NCBI GenBank assembly: GCA_963762145.1
Contig: CAVXJS010000021.1
Location: forward strand, 64,001 to 128,000
Direction: 5' to 3'
DNA: 64,000 nucleotides
Source of the DNA: an uncultured Candidatus Rokubacteria bacterium
Lineage (GTDB): Bacteria; Methylomirabilota; Methylomirabilia; Rokubacteriales; CSP1-6
The notes under the pieces: generated by a model
Seen by the model: only the letters and a program-made list of their open reading frames with translations
The model's database searches: none
What the model was told of the DNA's origin: nothing
Shown here: piece after piece, positions 1 through 10,772 of the stretch
Layout of the letters: each line of letters begins with the position of its first letter
How positions within the stretch are numbered: position 1 is the stretch's first letter
Position numbers and translations under genes: made by a program

Positions 1-305
1 CCCGTCGCCTTGCGGGACGCGCCGTCGCCGTCCACGAGCCCGATCCGCCACGGGACCTTGCCGGGCTTGGTCTCGAGATCGACGCCGGCCAGCGCGGCGT
101 ACTCGGTGCCGTAGGGGAAGAAGGTCAGGTGCTGCGCGCCCAGGCTGCCCTCCACGTTCTGCGCGCCCTTGGTTCCGGCCACGAACACCAGCACGGTGTC
201 CCCCTGCCGGGGAGCGGCCGGCACCACCCGCACCTGCAGGGCAGCGGCGGGGGCGGCGGAGAAAAGCGTCAGGAGAGCTGCGAGGACTGCGGCTGCGTGG
301 AGCAT
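1..305 (-). CDS. Exported protein, probably N-terminus of an M23-family peptidase (runs off window)
   Basis: Manual translation MLHAAAVLAALLTLFSAAPAAALQVRVVPAAPRQGDTVLVFV...YAALAGVDLETKPG: signal peptide plus a PRQGD/GVDL segment typical of M23 N-termini; catalytic domain not in window. Confidence 0.6.
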   Translation of the reverse strand, partial: MLHAAAVLAALLTLFSAAPAAALQVRVVPAAPRQGDTVLVFVAGTKGAQNVEGSLGAQHLTFFPYGTEYAALAGVDLETKPGKVPWRIGLVDGDGASRKAT

Positions 306-357
306 CGGGACGATTCTACGCCTGGGGCCGGCCGGCGCCCTAGGAACCGAGACCGGA

Positions 358-392
358 CCCCTCACCCTGCCCTCTCCCCTCAGCGGAGAGGG
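358..392. repeat. boxC/REP-like intergenic repeat, copy 1
   Basis: cccctcaccctgccctctcccctcagcggagaggg; near reverse complement of the copies at 5957 and 39752. Confidence 0.85.
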
Positions 393-395
393 TCG

Positions 396-1331
396 CTAGG
401 AGTCTTTGGGACGCTGCTGGCGAAGGAACTGCTCGATCTCCGCGACGAGGTCCCCGGAGGGCGGCAGCTCGTCCTTGATCTCCGCGACCTCCGACGGCTC
501 GGACGGATCGCTGGCCTCCGCGGGCGCGGGCGGCTCATCCTCATCGTCTCCGCTCTTGCGCTCGAGGCGGCGTACGTAGTCGGCGATCTTGGTGTTCTGC
601 GAGACGATCGAGGTCAGGTTCTGGTCGAACTGCTCGGCGGCCTCGCGGAGGTCGGTCAGATCCGCCTCGGCGTCCAGCATGGTCAGCACGCGCCGCACCA
701 GGGCCAGGGCCGCGCGCGGATTCTCGATCCCGGACACGTAGTGGGGCACGTTCGCCCACAGGCTGGCCGTGGGCACGCGCTCCTCGCGGCAGATGGTGTT
801 GAGGACACCCACGATCCCGGTCGGGCCCTCGTAGCGGGTCGGCTTGAGGCCGAGACGCTCGGAGAGCTCGGGGTCGTAGGAGCTGCCCGACAGGCGGATG
901 GGCTGGGTGTGGGCCACCTCGGCGAGCAGCGCCCCCAGGGTGAGGACCATCGAGGCCCGGGAGCGCCGTGCCAGCTCCAGCACCGCCGCGCAGTAGGTGC
1001 GCCACTTGAGATGCGGCTCGATGGCGACCCCCACGACGATGTCGCGCTCGAGCTCCGAAGGCTGGGCTACGGAGAACTCGGTCGCCGGCCAGACGATCTC
1101 CCGCTCGGTCCGGGAGCCGGTCTTGAAGCGTACATAGGGCCGGGAGAGGCCGAAGTGGTAAAAATCTTCCGGGTCGATGGTGGCGAGCGGGCGCGACGTC
1201 CAGATCTGGCTCAGATAGCGGGCGGCGGTGGTGGCGGACTCGGCCGCGTCGTTCCAGCCGGAAAACGCCACGATGATGACGGGCCGGCGCAGCTGCTCCG
1301 GCTCCTCGTGGAGCGTCAGGTACTCGCTCAT
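396..1331 (-). CDS. PAC2 (proteasome assembly chaperone) family protein
   Basis: AFSGWNDAAESAT, IDPEDFY, EPHLKW, YEGPTGIVGVL, WANVPHYV motifs; SD AAGGAGGG upstream of ATG 1331. Confidence 0.9.
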   Translation of the reverse strand: MSEYLTLHEEPEQLRRPVIIVAFSGWNDAAESATTAARYLSQIWTSRPLATIDPEDFYHFGLSRPYVRFKTGSRTEREIVWPATEFSVAQPSELERDIVVGVAIEPHLKWRTYCAAVLELARRSRASMVLTLGALLAEVAHTQPIRLSGSSYDPELSERLGLKPTRYEGPTGIVGVLNTICREERVPTASLWANVPHYVSGIENPRAALALVRRVLTMLDAEADLTDLREAAEQFDQNLTSIVSQNTKIADYVRRLERKSGDDEDEPPAPAEASDPSEPSEVAEIKDELPPSGDLVAEIEQFLRQQRPKDS

Positions 1332-1411
1332 CGGCGGCGCTCCCTCCTTGTGGAACCCGAGCATGCCTGAGCCGCCCCGGTGCCGCAACCGCAAAAGGCC
1401 CGAAATGAAAG

Positions 1412-1441
1412 TTGACGGCCCACTCAGGGCTTCCGTATGAT
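1412..1441 (+). promoter_or_regulatory. sigma70-type promoter
   Basis: TTGACG-18 bp-TATGAT upstream of the ORF at 1495. Confidence 0.65.
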
Positions 1442-1494
1442 TACCACTCGTGCGAGACAGGTAGATCGAAGCGCCTTCAAGGAGGCAAGTCATC

Positions 1495-1755
1495 ATGCGT
1501 GCATGGCTTTCGCTGGGATTGTTCTTCGGTGGTCTCATGCTGCTGACGTCGGCATGCGCCACGTCGGAGGAGTGGGCGGACTGGAGAGGCCACAAGACCC
1601 ACTTCGCCTCGGGCACCCACGGGGTCTTCTCGCTGCGGAACAACCGAGACGGCTCGAACCCGCGCGTGAGCCGCGCGGACGTGGACGCGGCTCGCCAGGA
1701 GAACTGGTGGGGCAAGGCCATCACGGTGAGCCCGGAGCAGATCTTCCAGAACTAG
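1495..1755 (+). CDS. Small hypothetical lipoprotein
   Basis: AAGGAGG SD; hydrophobic signal ending LTSAC (lipobox-like). Confidence 0.8.
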   Translation: MRAWLSLGLFFGGLMLLTSACATSEEWADWRGHKTHFASGTHGVFSLRNNRDGSNPRVSRADVDAARQENWWGKAITVSPEQIFQN

Positions 1756-1765
1756 CCGATCCCAC

Positions 1766-2470
1766 ATGCTCCGGCACCACCCGCGACTTCTGGGCGGCCT
1801 GTTGCTCACGGCCGCCTTGGTCGTCTCCGGCGGCGTGAGTCACGCCGCTCCGGAAGACGCCCTGATGCCCCTCGAGAAATACACCACGCTCAAGGGCAAG
1901 CGCTTGGCGTCTACCCACCGGACGCGGCTCCTCCAGTTCTCGGCGCAGATCTACAACTGCCTCCCCTGGCTGGACGTCCATCAGGGCGGGCTCGGCTTCC
2001 CGCGCTCTCGCGATAGCCAGGACGACGACCGCTATCTGTCCACCTGGATCTACGTGGACCAGCGAGAGGATGCAACGTTCACCGCCCTGCCGCAGGAGCG
2101 CCGGGTCTCCGCGATGTTCTCGCGCTACGGCGTGGACATGCTGAAGCGCATGTCGACCCTGGCGGACGTGGTGGACGACAGCGACGTGACCGGGCTCTCC
2201 GTCGTGCTCTCCTGGCTCAAGCCCGGCACGGGCCGGCCCGGGCGCCAGGCGGTGAACGAGACGTTCGCCCTCTTCGTCGACAAGGGCACGCTGCGTGACT
2301 TCCTGGACAAGCGGGTGTCGGCCGAGGAGTTCACCAATCGGGCCAAGTTCAACCTCTTCGACGGTCTCGATCTGGTCGGACGCGTGCCGATCGAGGTCTG
2401 GGAGGACTCGTTCAACGCCACCTTCAAGGTCGGCAACTACCAGCCCCCGAAAGGGGTCACCTGTCCCTGA
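1766..2470 (+). CDS. Hypothetical exported protein
   Basis: Signal peptide (…VSHA), strong GC3 codon bias, no family recognised. Confidence 0.8.
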   Translation: MLRHHPRLLGGLLLTAALVVSGGVSHAAPEDALMPLEKYTTLKGKRLASTHRTRLLQFSAQIYNCLPWLDVHQGGLGFPRSRDSQDDDRYLSTWIYVDQREDATFTALPQERRVSAMFSRYGVDMLKRMSTLADVVDDSDVTGLSVVLSWLKPGTGRPGRQAVNETFALFVDKGTLRDFLDKRVSAEEFTNRAKFNLFDGLDLVGRVPIEVWEDSFNATFKVGNYQPPKGVTCP

Positions 2471-2520
2471 GCCCGCCCGGGCCCATTCCGGGCCCGCGTT
2501 TCGCCGCTGCCCTCGCTGGT

Positions 2521-2549
2521 TTGACACCCCCCGGGGGTTCCGATAGCAT
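2521..2549 (+). promoter_or_regulatory. sigma70-type promoter of ftsH-degP
   Basis: TTGACA-17 bp-TAGCAT, 12 nt before ATG 2562. Confidence 0.7.
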
Positions 2550-2561
2550 CAAAATCACACG

Positions 2562-4460
2562 ATGAAACTGCCCAATCGCCAGAAGACCCAGTTTTCCCTC
2601 GTCTATCTGTTCATCGCGCTGATGGTCGTCCTGTCGGTGCAGAGCTGGCTCCGGGCCCCCCAGACCGTGGACATCCCGATGAGCCAGTTCCTGGGCCTGG
2701 TCCGCGAGGGAAAGGTGCTGAAGGTCACGCTGGGCGAGCGGGAGATCCAGGGCATCGCCAAGCCGGGCGCGCTGCCGATGCCACCGCCGGGACCCGGGGA
2801 CCGGCTCCGCGCGCTCCTGGGCCCCCAGGAAGGTCCGACCGCGTTCACCACCGCCCGCATCCCGGCCACCGAGGACTACCAGGTCGTCCGCGAGCTCGAG
2901 ACCGCCAAGGTCGAGTTCTCCGGGCGCATCGAGTCCACGTTCTGGCGCGATCTCTTCTCGTGGGTGGTGCCGCTCATCATCATGGCCGCGCTGTGGCTCT
3001 TCCTGATGCGCCGGATGGGCGGCGGTCCCACCCAGGCCCTGTCCTTCGGACGCTCCAAGGCCAAGATCTACGACCGCAAGGAGCTCAAGACGACCTTCGC
3101 GGACGTGGCCGGCGTGGAGGAAGCCAAGGCCGAGCTGATGGAGGTGGTGGACTTCCTCAAGAATCCCAGGAAGTACCAGCGCCTGGGCGGCCGCATTCCC
3201 AAGGGCGTGCTCCTCGTCGGCCCCCCGGGCACCGGCAAGACGCTGCTGGCCCGCGCGGTTGCGGGCGAGGCCGACGTGCCGTTCTTCTTCCTCTCCGGCT
3301 CGGAGTTCGTGGAGATGTTCGTGGGCGTGGGCGCCTCCCGGGTGCGTGACCTCTTCGAGCAGGCCAAGGAGAAGGCGCCGTGCATCGTCTTCATCGACGA
3401 GCTGGACGCCATCGGCAAGACCCGCGCCGGCAACACCGGCTTCCTGTCGGGCCACGACGAGCGCGAGCAGACGCTGAACCAGCTCCTCGCCGAGATGGAC
3501 GGCTTCGACTCGTCCAAGGGTGTGATCATCATGGCCGCCACCAATCGGCCCGAGGTGCTGGACGCGGCCCTGATGCGGGCCGGCCGCTTCGATCGGCAGG
3601 TGGTGGTGGATCGGCCCGACGTCAAGGGCCGCGAGGCCATCCTCCAGGTGCACGCCCGCAACGTGAAGCTGGCCCCGAGCGTGGATCTCCACGTGCTCGC
3701 CGCCCGCACCCCGGGCATGGCGGGCGCGGATCTCGCGAACATCATCAACGAGGCCGCGCTCCTCGCCGCGCGCAAGGGCAAGGACGCGGTCGACATGGCC
3801 GATCTCGAGGAAGCGGTGGACCGGGTGGTCGGCGGGCTCGAGCGGAAGAGCCGCGTGCTCTCCGACAAAGAGCGCGACATCGTCGCGCATCACGAGATCG
3901 GCCACGCATTGGTCGCCTCCTCCCTGCCCCAGGCCGACCCGGTGCACAAGGTGACCATCATCCCGCGCGGCGTGGCCGCGCTCGGCGCCACCTACCAGCT
4001 CCCGCTGGAGGACCGCTACCTCCTCACCCGCAGCGAGCTGGAGGACCGGATCGCGGTGCTGCTGGGCGGGCGCGTGGCCGAGGAGGTCATCTACGGCGAG
4101 ATCTCCACCGGGGCCCACAACGACCTGGAGCGCGCCACCGAGCTGGCCCGCCTCATGGTCATGCAGTACGGCATGTCCGAGCAGCTCGGCCCCATGACCT
4201 TCGGGGGCGGCCAGCAGGCCATGTTCCTCCGCGGCTCGGGCATCCCGCACGAGCGCGAATACAGCGAGGAGAGCGCGCGTCGCATCGACAGTGAGACGCG
4301 CTCCATCATCGATCGGATCTACGATCGCGTGCGCGACCTGCTGACCGCCCGCAAACGGGTGCTCGTCGAGGCCGCCACCGAGCTCAAACAGAAAGAGACG
4401 CTGGAGGGCGACCGGCTCAGGCAGCTCCTGGCCGGGGAGCCCGCGGGAGTGCCACGATGA
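2562..4460 (+). CDS. ftsH: ATP-dependent zinc metalloprotease FtsH
   Basis: Two TM segments, Walker A GPPGTGKT, Walker B FIDELD, SRH, HEIGH zinc motif. Confidence 0.97.
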   Translation: MKLPNRQKTQFSLVYLFIALMVVLSVQSWLRAPQTVDIPMSQFLGLVREGKVLKVTLGEREIQGIAKPGALPMPPPGPGDRLRALLGPQEGPTAFTTARIPATEDYQVVRELETAKVEFSGRIESTFWRDLFSWVVPLIIMAALWLFLMRRMGGGPTQALSFGRSKAKIYDRKELKTTFADVAGVEEAKAELMEVVDFLKNPRKYQRLGGRIPKGVLLVGPPGTGKTLLARAVAGEADVPFFFLSGSEFVEMFVGVGASRVRDLFEQAKEKAPCIVFIDELDAIGKTRAGNTGFLSGHDEREQTLNQLLAEMDGFDSSKGVIIMAATNRPEVLDAALMRAGRFDRQVVVDRPDVKGREAILQVHARNVKLAPSVDLHVLAARTPGMAGADLANIINEAALLAARKGKDAVDMADLEEAVDRVVGGLERKSRVLSDKERDIVAHHEIGHALVASSLPQADPVHKVTIIPRGVAALGATYQLPLEDRYLLTRSELEDRIAVLLGGRVAEEVIYGEISTGAHNDLERATELARLMVMQYGMSEQLGPMTFGGGQQAMFLRGSGIPHEREYSEESARRIDSETRSIIDRIYDRVRDLLTARKRVLVEAATELKQKETLEGDRLRQLLAGEPAGVPR

Positions 4461-5950
4461 TCTCTGTCAAGCGCAGCACGTTGGCGTTCATTGTGCTCGT
4501 CACCCTCGTGATGGGCGCGGGCCTCGGCACCTGGGGCGCCGGCGCGGTGGACCAGGTCAAGCCGTCCGGGCCGGGCGGCGCGCCGGCCCCGGGCGCCCTG
4601 CCCTCCGGTACCCAGCCGCGCATCCTCCCGGCGGCCCTGCCGATTCCCTCCGGCAGCTTCGCCCAGGTCGCGGAGAACGTGAGCCCCGCGGTGGTCAACA
4701 TCAACACGGTGACCCGGGTGAGCGGCCGCACGCCGGTCGAGGAGTTCTTCGGCGACGAGTTCTTCAAGCGCTTCTTCGGGGACGCGCCCGAGCGTCAGCA
4801 GGTGCAGCGCAGCCTGGGCTCCGGCGTCATCGTGGACCCGTCGGGGATCGTGCTCACCAACGCCCACGTGGTCGAGCGCGCCACCGAGATCGAGGTGTCC
4901 ACCGCCGACGGCAAGAAGCACAAGGCCAAGCTCGCGGGCGTGGACAAGAAGACCGACCTGGCGGTGCTCAAGCTGCAGGGCGGCGGGCCCTTTCCGGCCG
5001 CCAATCTCGGCGACTCCGACACGGTCAAGGTCGGCGACTGGGTGCTCGCGATCGGCTCGCCGTTCGGGCTGCAGAAGACGGTGACCGCCGGCATCATCAG
5101 CGCCAAGGGCCGCTCCATCGGCCAGGGCCCCTTCGACGACTTCCTGCAGACCGACGCGGCCATCAATCCGGGCAACTCGGGCGGCCCGCTCGTGAACATG
5201 TCGGGCGAGGTGGTCGGCATCAACAGCGCGATCCTCTCGCGCACCGGCGGCAACGTGGGCATCGGCTTCTCGATCCCGGTCAACATGGCCAAGCGCATCT
5301 ACACCGAGCTGGCCGCCAAGGGCAAGGTCACCCGCGGCTGGCTCGGCGTCTCCATCCAGCCCCTGACCCCCGAGCTGGCCAAGAGCTTCGGGCTCAAGGA
5401 GCCGAACGGCGTCCTCATCTCGGACGTGATGCAGCAGAGCCCGGCCGCGGCGGCGGGCATCGCCTCCGGCGACGTCATCATCGAGTTCGACCGGAAGAAG
5501 GTGGACTCGCCCCAGGAGCTCCAGAAGGTGGTGGCCGGGACCACGCCGGGCCGCGCGGTGCCGCTCAAGGTGTGGCGCGACAAGGGCGAGAAGACGCTCG
5601 AGATCAAGATCGGCGAGACGCCCGACGAGACGGTCGCGCTCAAGCCCACCAGCAAGGGCAAGAGCCTGCTCGGCCTCGACGTGCGCCCGATCACGCCGGA
5701 GCTGGCTCGCCAGCTCAACCTGCGCACGCCGGAGGGCGTCATCGTGTTCTCGGTGGACGAGGACAGCGGGGCGTCGGAGGCCGGGCTCCAGCGGGGCGAC
5801 GTCATCCGCGAGGTCAACCGGCAGAAGGTCCGGAGCGTCCCGGACTTCGAGAAGGCCACCAAGGACGTGAAGGACGGCGACCGCGTCACGGTCCTGCTGC
5901 AGCGCGGACCGCAGTCCCTCTACGTCGCCTTCACCGTCGCTCGAGGCTGA
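4457..5950 (+). CDS. DegP/DegQ (HtrA) serine endoprotease with two PDZ domains
   Basis: TNAHV, DLAVLK, DAAINPGNSGG; ATGA overlap with ftsH stop. Confidence 0.95.
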   Translation: MISVKRSTLAFIVLVTLVMGAGLGTWGAGAVDQVKPSGPGGAPAPGALPSGTQPRILPAALPIPSGSFAQVAENVSPAVVNINTVTRVSGRTPVEEFFGDEFFKRFFGDAPERQQVQRSLGSGVIVDPSGIVLTNAHVVERATEIEVSTADGKKHKAKLAGVDKKTDLAVLKLQGGGPFPAANLGDSDTVKVGDWVLAIGSPFGLQKTVTAGIISAKGRSIGQGPFDDFLQTDAAINPGNSGGPLVNMSGEVVGINSAILSRTGGNVGIGFSIPVNMAKRIYTELAAKGKVTRGWLGVSIQPLTPELAKSFGLKEPNGVLISDVMQQSPAAAAGIASGDVIIEFDRKKVDSPQELQKVVAGTTPGRAVPLKVWRDKGEKTLEIKIGETPDETVALKPTSKGKSLLGLDVRPITPELARQLNLRTPEGVIVFSVDEDSGASEAGLQRGDVIREVNRQKVRSVPDFEKATKDVKDGDRVTVLLQRGPQSLYVAFTVARG

Positions 5951-5956
5951 GCAACT

Positions 5957-6011
5957 CCCCCTCTCCCCTCTGGGGAGAGGGCAGGGTGAGGGGCCCAAGG
6001 GTGAGGGGGGG
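5957..6011. repeat. boxC/REP-like intergenic repeat, copy 2, with an extra partial arm
   Basis: ccccctctcccctctggggagagggcagggtgagggg followed by cccaagggtgaggggggg; lies between convergent genes. Confidence 0.85.
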
Positions 6012-6012
6012 C

Positions 6013-7347
6013 TCAGCTCGAGCCGTCGTAGGTCTCGCGCCGGCTCATGCGGCGCTGGAAGTCGAGGTAGGCCTGCCGGGTGAGCGGCGGCTTGGCCTGC
6101 GCCACCACCTGCCGCCCCACCGCCGCCCCGTCGGCCATCAGGTCCACCACCATCGAGGCGAGCGCCTTCGCGTTGGTGAGGTAGGTCAGCGCGGGGTCCA
6201 CGATCTCGTAGTCCGCGCCGTGCGGGGTCCCCTTGGCGCCGCCCACGTAGGGATGGATGATCGGCATGACCTGCGCGAGATCGCCCATGTCGGTGGAGCC
6301 GGTCCGGTGCCGGATCGTGCGCACCTGATCCGCTCCCACCAGGTCGGCCGCGATGGCCCGGAAGCGCTCGACCATCAGGGGGTCGCAGCGGAGCGGCATG
6401 TACCCGGGCAGGGTCTCGATCTCCACCCGGCAGCCGAGCGCGAGCGCGCCCGCGCGGAGCGCGCGATCCACCTTGCGGTCCGCGTCCGCGATGGCCTCGA
6501 GCGACTTGCCCCGCACGAACGTCTCGAGCCGCACCTCGCCGGGGATGACGTTCACCTGCGAGCCGCCGTGGGTGATAATCGGGTGCACGCGTATGGTGTC
6601 CTCGTCGCGGAACGTCTCCCGGATCGCGTTGATGGCCATGAGCCCGATCTGGGCCGCGTAGAGCGCGTTGAGGCCCATGTGAGGGGCGCCGCCCGCGTGC
6701 GAGGCGCGGCCGACGTAGCGGACGGTCTTCACCACGCACCCGTTGTTGGACATCGGCACCGCGAGCTTGCCCTCCTCGGGCCGCGGGGTCGCGTGGATCA
6801 TCATCCCCATGTCCACGTCGTCGAGGACGCCGAGCCGCAGCATCTCCGGCTTGCCGCCCATGAACTCGAGCCGGCCCGCGTCGCGCTGGGCCACTCGCCA
6901 CTCCACGTCGCCGTACTCCTCGGCGGGCACGCCGATGAAGGCCACGCGGCCGGCCAGGTGCTCGAAGGCGCCCGCCTCGAGCAGGCCCATCGCCGCGCCC
7001 AGCATCCCCGCCACCTGCGCGTTGTGACCGCAGGCGTGCGCGGCCCCGGTCTCCGGATCGGCCACCGGGTGCCCGACCACCACCAGGCCGTCCAGCTCGC
7101 CGAAGAGCGCGAGGGTCGGCCCGTCTCCCGCGCGCCCGGCCGCGTCCGCGCGCACGCCGGTCAGGGCGAGACCGGTCCGGGGCGCCAGGCCCATCCGCTC
7201 GAAGGTCTGGGCGACGAGCTTCCCGGTCTTGAACTCCTTGAAGCCGAGCTCGGGGTGGCGTCGGATCGTCTCCCCCAGCTCGATGATCTCGGCTCCGCGG
7301 CGATCGATCGCCGCCCGCACCTTCTGCATCAGTTCGGACTTGGTCAT
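6013..7347 (-). CDS. M20 family amidohydrolase (ACY1L2/AbgB-like)
   Basis: HPELGFKE, ELDGL, HACGHN, PAEE, GSTDMGD motifs; AGGAGG SD. Confidence 0.92.
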   Translation of the reverse strand: MTKSELMQKVRAAIDRRGAEIIELGETIRRHPELGFKEFKTGKLVAQTFERMGLAPRTGLALTGVRADAAGRAGDGPTLALFGELDGLVVVGHPVADPETGAAHACGHNAQVAGMLGAAMGLLEAGAFEHLAGRVAFIGVPAEEYGDVEWRVAQRDAGRLEFMGGKPEMLRLGVLDDVDMGMMIHATPRPEEGKLAVPMSNNGCVVKTVRYVGRASHAGGAPHMGLNALYAAQIGLMAINAIRETFRDEDTIRVHPIITHGGSQVNVIPGEVRLETFVRGKSLEAIADADRKVDRALRAGALALGCRVEIETLPGYMPLRCDPLMVERFRAIAADLVGADQVRTIRHRTGSTDMGDLAQVMPIIHPYVGGAKGTPHGADYEIVDPALTYLTNAKALASMVVDLMADGAAVGRQVVAQAKPPLTRQAYLDFQRRMSRRETYDGSS

Positions 7348-7433
7348 GGGATCTTCCTCCTGGGAGGCCGCTGAGAAAGGTCCAGATGCGAGGCGGCGTC
7401 CGACGGCGGCACGCGAAGCGTGAGCGGCCTCCC

Positions 7434-8198
7434 TCAGCGCCCGCCGGTGACGGCCAGGGTGTGCCCGGTGACGTAGGTGGCCTCGTCGGAGGCCAGGAAC
7501 AGGACCGCGTCGGCCACCTCGGCGGGACGGCCGAGGCGGCGCAGCGGGGTCATGCGGTTGGGACTGTACTCGACCGTCTCGTTCAAGCGGCGGAGGCCCG
7601 CGCCGACCCGCTCGGTGTCGATCGGCCCCGGCGCCACCGCGTTGACGTTGATGCCGTGCTCGGCCAGCTCCAGGGCGACGTCCCGGATGAAGCCGTGCAC
7701 TCCGGCCTTGGCCGCCGAGTAGGCCGCGCCGCCCTGGTAGTAGGCGGTCCACGGGGTGCCCTCGCGCGCGCCGGAGGAGAGGCAGACGATGCGCCCGTAG
7801 CGCCGGCGCATCATGTGCGGCACCGCGGCCCGCGTGCAGAGGAACGTGGAGCGGAGGTTCAGGCGGAGGACGAAGTCCCAGTCGTCCGCCTTCATCTCCC
7901 AGATGCGGGCGTTGCGGCTGCCCCCCACGTTGTTGACCAGGATGTCGAGCTGGCCGCCCCGCTCCACCGCGGTCGCGATCAGCCGCGCGGCGGGCTCCTC
8001 CTCGGTCACGTCGCCTACCACCGCGGCGGCCCGCCCGCCCGCCCCGGTGATCGCGGCGACCGCCTGCTCGAGCCCGGCCGCGTCCACGTCGCCCAGCACG
8101 ACGTGCGCGCCCTCGCCGGCCAGGCGCTCGGCGATCGCACGGCCCAGCCCGTGCGCCGCGCCCGTCACCACCGCGACCTTGCCGTCCACGCGTCCCAT
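7434..8198 (-). CDS. SDR family oxidoreductase
   Basis: TGAAHGLG, NNVG, YSAAK. Confidence 0.93.
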   Translation of the reverse strand: MGRVDGKVAVVTGAAHGLGRAIAERLAGEGAHVVLGDVDAAGLEQAVAAITGAGGRAAAVVGDVTEEEPAARLIATAVERGGQLDILVNNVGGSRNARIWEMKADDWDFVLRLNLRSTFLCTRAAVPHMMRRRYGRIVCLSSGAREGTPWTAYYQGGAAYSAAKAGVHGFIRDVALELAEHGINVNAVAPGPIDTERVGAGLRRLNETVEYSPNRMTPLRRLGRPAEVADAVLFLASDEATYVTGHTLAVTGGR

Positions 8199-8300
8199 CG
8201 CGCCGGGTAGTATATCCGCTCGCCCCCGGCCGCGCCTCCCCCGGCCGCAACCTGGGGTAGAATCGGCGCGCACGCTCACGATCCCAGGAGGACTCGCCAG

Positions 8301-9840
8301 ATGCCCACTCGCCGCGACCTGTTCAAGCAAGCCGGAGCCGCCGCCGCCCTCGCCGCCATGAAGCCCGTCGCGGCGGCCGCGCAGGCCCGGAAGCCCACGC
8401 TGACCATCGGCTTCCCGTCCACCCCGGAGACGATCGACCCGCACCAGTTCCGCTCGGTGCTGAGCGGCTCGATCATCAACCTGATGGGTGAGACCCTCTT
8501 CACCCGCGACCCGCAGACCATGGAGATCAAGCCGCTCCTGGCCGAGTCGGTGAAGAACCTCAACCCGAACACGTGGGAGCTCAAGCTGCGCCGCGGGGTC
8601 AAGTTCCACAACGGCGAGGACTTCAACGCGGACTCGGTGAAGTTCACCATCGAGCGGGCGGTGCACGGGAAGCTCAACACCCTGGCCAAGCTCACCATGC
8701 CGCCCTCCTTCGGCCAGGAGGTGGTCATCGTCGATCCCTACACGGTGCGGATCGTCACCAAGGTGCCGGACCCGATGCTGCCGAGCCGGCTCGCCGCCGA
8801 GTCCATGAACGTGGCCCCCGCCAAGGGGCTGGCCGAGTTCCGGGACAAGTTCGTCACCGATCGGTTCATCGGCACCGGGCCGTTCCGCTTCGTCGAGAAC
8901 GTGGTGGGCGACCGGGTGGTGCTGGAAGCGAACCCGGGCTACTGGGGCCCGAAGCCGCCCGCCCAGAAGATCGTGTGGCAGGTCATCCCGGACGCGGCCA
9001 CCCGCCTGGCCGCCCTGCAGCGCGGCGACGTGGACGTCATGCTCAACCTGCCCTTCCCGCTGGCACCCACCGTGGAGGGCGACCCGAACCTCCGGGTGTA
9101 CTCGGAGCTGAGCTCGCTCACTCACGGCATCCTCTTCAACGCGCGTGAGTCGGCGCCGCTCAAGGACCGGCGGGTGCGGCAGGCTCTCAACATGGCGGTG
9201 GACCGCGCCGCGATCCTCAAGGGCCTCTACGTGGGCCGCGGGCAGCTCCTCAACACGGTCACCGGCAAGAACGTGGCCAACACCATGGATCCCGGTCCCT
9301 ACCCGTACGATCCGGCCCGCGCCAAGGCGCTGCTCGCGGAGGCCGGCTACGCGCAAGGGCTTCGAGCTCACCCTCTGGCAGTCGATCGGGCGCTGGGTGC
9401 TCGCCGAGGAGACCGCGCAGGTCATCGCGGGCTACTGGGACAAGGTCGGCGTGAAGACGAAGGTGCAGGTGCTGGAGTGGGCGGAGTACAACAAGCGGGC
9501 GGGCGGCCGCGCGCTCAAGGACTGCTTCTACTACGCCTTCATCAACGGCACGTGGGACGCCTCCTACACCGTGCAGCGCTTCAAGCCCGACTTCCAGACC
9601 TTCCGCTACTTCGACGCCTCCGGGGACTTGCTCAAGACCATCGAGGAGTACGAGCGCACCTTCGATCCCAAGAGCGCAAGGAGCTCGGCGCCAAGGCGCT
9701 CACAGGCGCTGCACGACGAGGCGGTGTGGCTGTTCCTCTGGCAGCTCGACGAGCTGTTCGGCGTCTCGAAGAAGGTCAAGGGCTTCAAGATGCGCCCGGA
9801 CAATTTCCTCTGGGTGCGCGACACCTACGTGGAGGCCTGA
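8301..9840 (+). CDS. Peptide/nickel ABC transporter substrate-binding protein (family 5, Tat signal), frameshifted near 9355
   Basis: TRRDLFK Tat motif, LRRGVKFHNG, GTGPF, VRQALNMAVDR; C-terminus continues in ORF 9145..9840. Confidence 0.88.
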
Positions 9841-10772
9841 AGCGCTTCCGTTCCTCCTCCGCCGGCTGGGCCACGCGATCATCGTGGCCGCTCGGGGTGT
9901 CGCTCGTGGTCTTCGCGCCTCGTCCACCTCTCGGGCGATCCGGTGCTGCTCATGGTGTCGAGCGACGCGCCGGCCGACGTGGTGGCGGCCACGCGGCGCG
10001 CGCTGGGCTTCGACCGCCCGCTCCACGAGCAGTTCGCTCAGCTACGTGACCCGCGCCGCCCAGGGTGACCTCGGCGTCTCGCTCCGTAGCAACCGGCCCG
10101 TCGCCACCCTGATCCGCGAGCGCCTGCCCGCCACCGTCGAGCTGACGCTGGCCGCGCTGCTGATCGCGGTGGCGATCGCCGTGCCCGCCGGCATCGTCTC
10201 CGCCGTCCAGCGCGGCTCGCGCGTCGACCGGGTCGCGATGGTGGGCGCGGTCGCCGGCCAGGCGATGCCGATCTTCTGGCTCGCCCTGCTCCTGATCATG
10301 CCTTGTTCGGCGTGCGCCTGCGCTGGCTGCCCGTCTTCGGCACCGGCTCGCTCGCCCACCTCGTGCTGCCCGCGGTGAGCCTCTCGACCATCATCCTCGG
10401 GCGGCTGGCCCGCCTCGTGCGCTCGAGCATGCTGGAGGTGCTGGGCCAGGACTACGTGCGGACGGCGCGGGCCAAGGGGCTGGCCGAGACCCGCGTGCTC
10501 GCGCGCGCACGCGCTCAAGAACGCGGCGATCCCCATCGTGACCCTGCTCGGCCTGCAGTTCGCCCAGCTCCTGGGCGGGGCCGTGGTCACGGAGACCATC
10601 TTCGCGTGGCCGGGCATCGGGCGGCTCGTCGTCGAGGCGATCTTCAACCGGGATTTCCCCGTCGTCCAGGGCGTGGTGCTGGTCGGTGTCGCTGATCTTC
10701 GTCGCCGTGAACATGCTGGTCGACCTCGCCTATGCCGCGCTCGATCCGCGCATCCGCTCGGAGGCCGCGTGA
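9837..10772 (+). CDS. DppB/OppB-type ABC permease, several frameshifts
   Basis: Fragments GDLGVSL, ERLPATVEL, QDYVRTARAKG, GGAVVTETIFAWPGIG, DPRIR across frames; start approximate. Confidence 0.82.
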
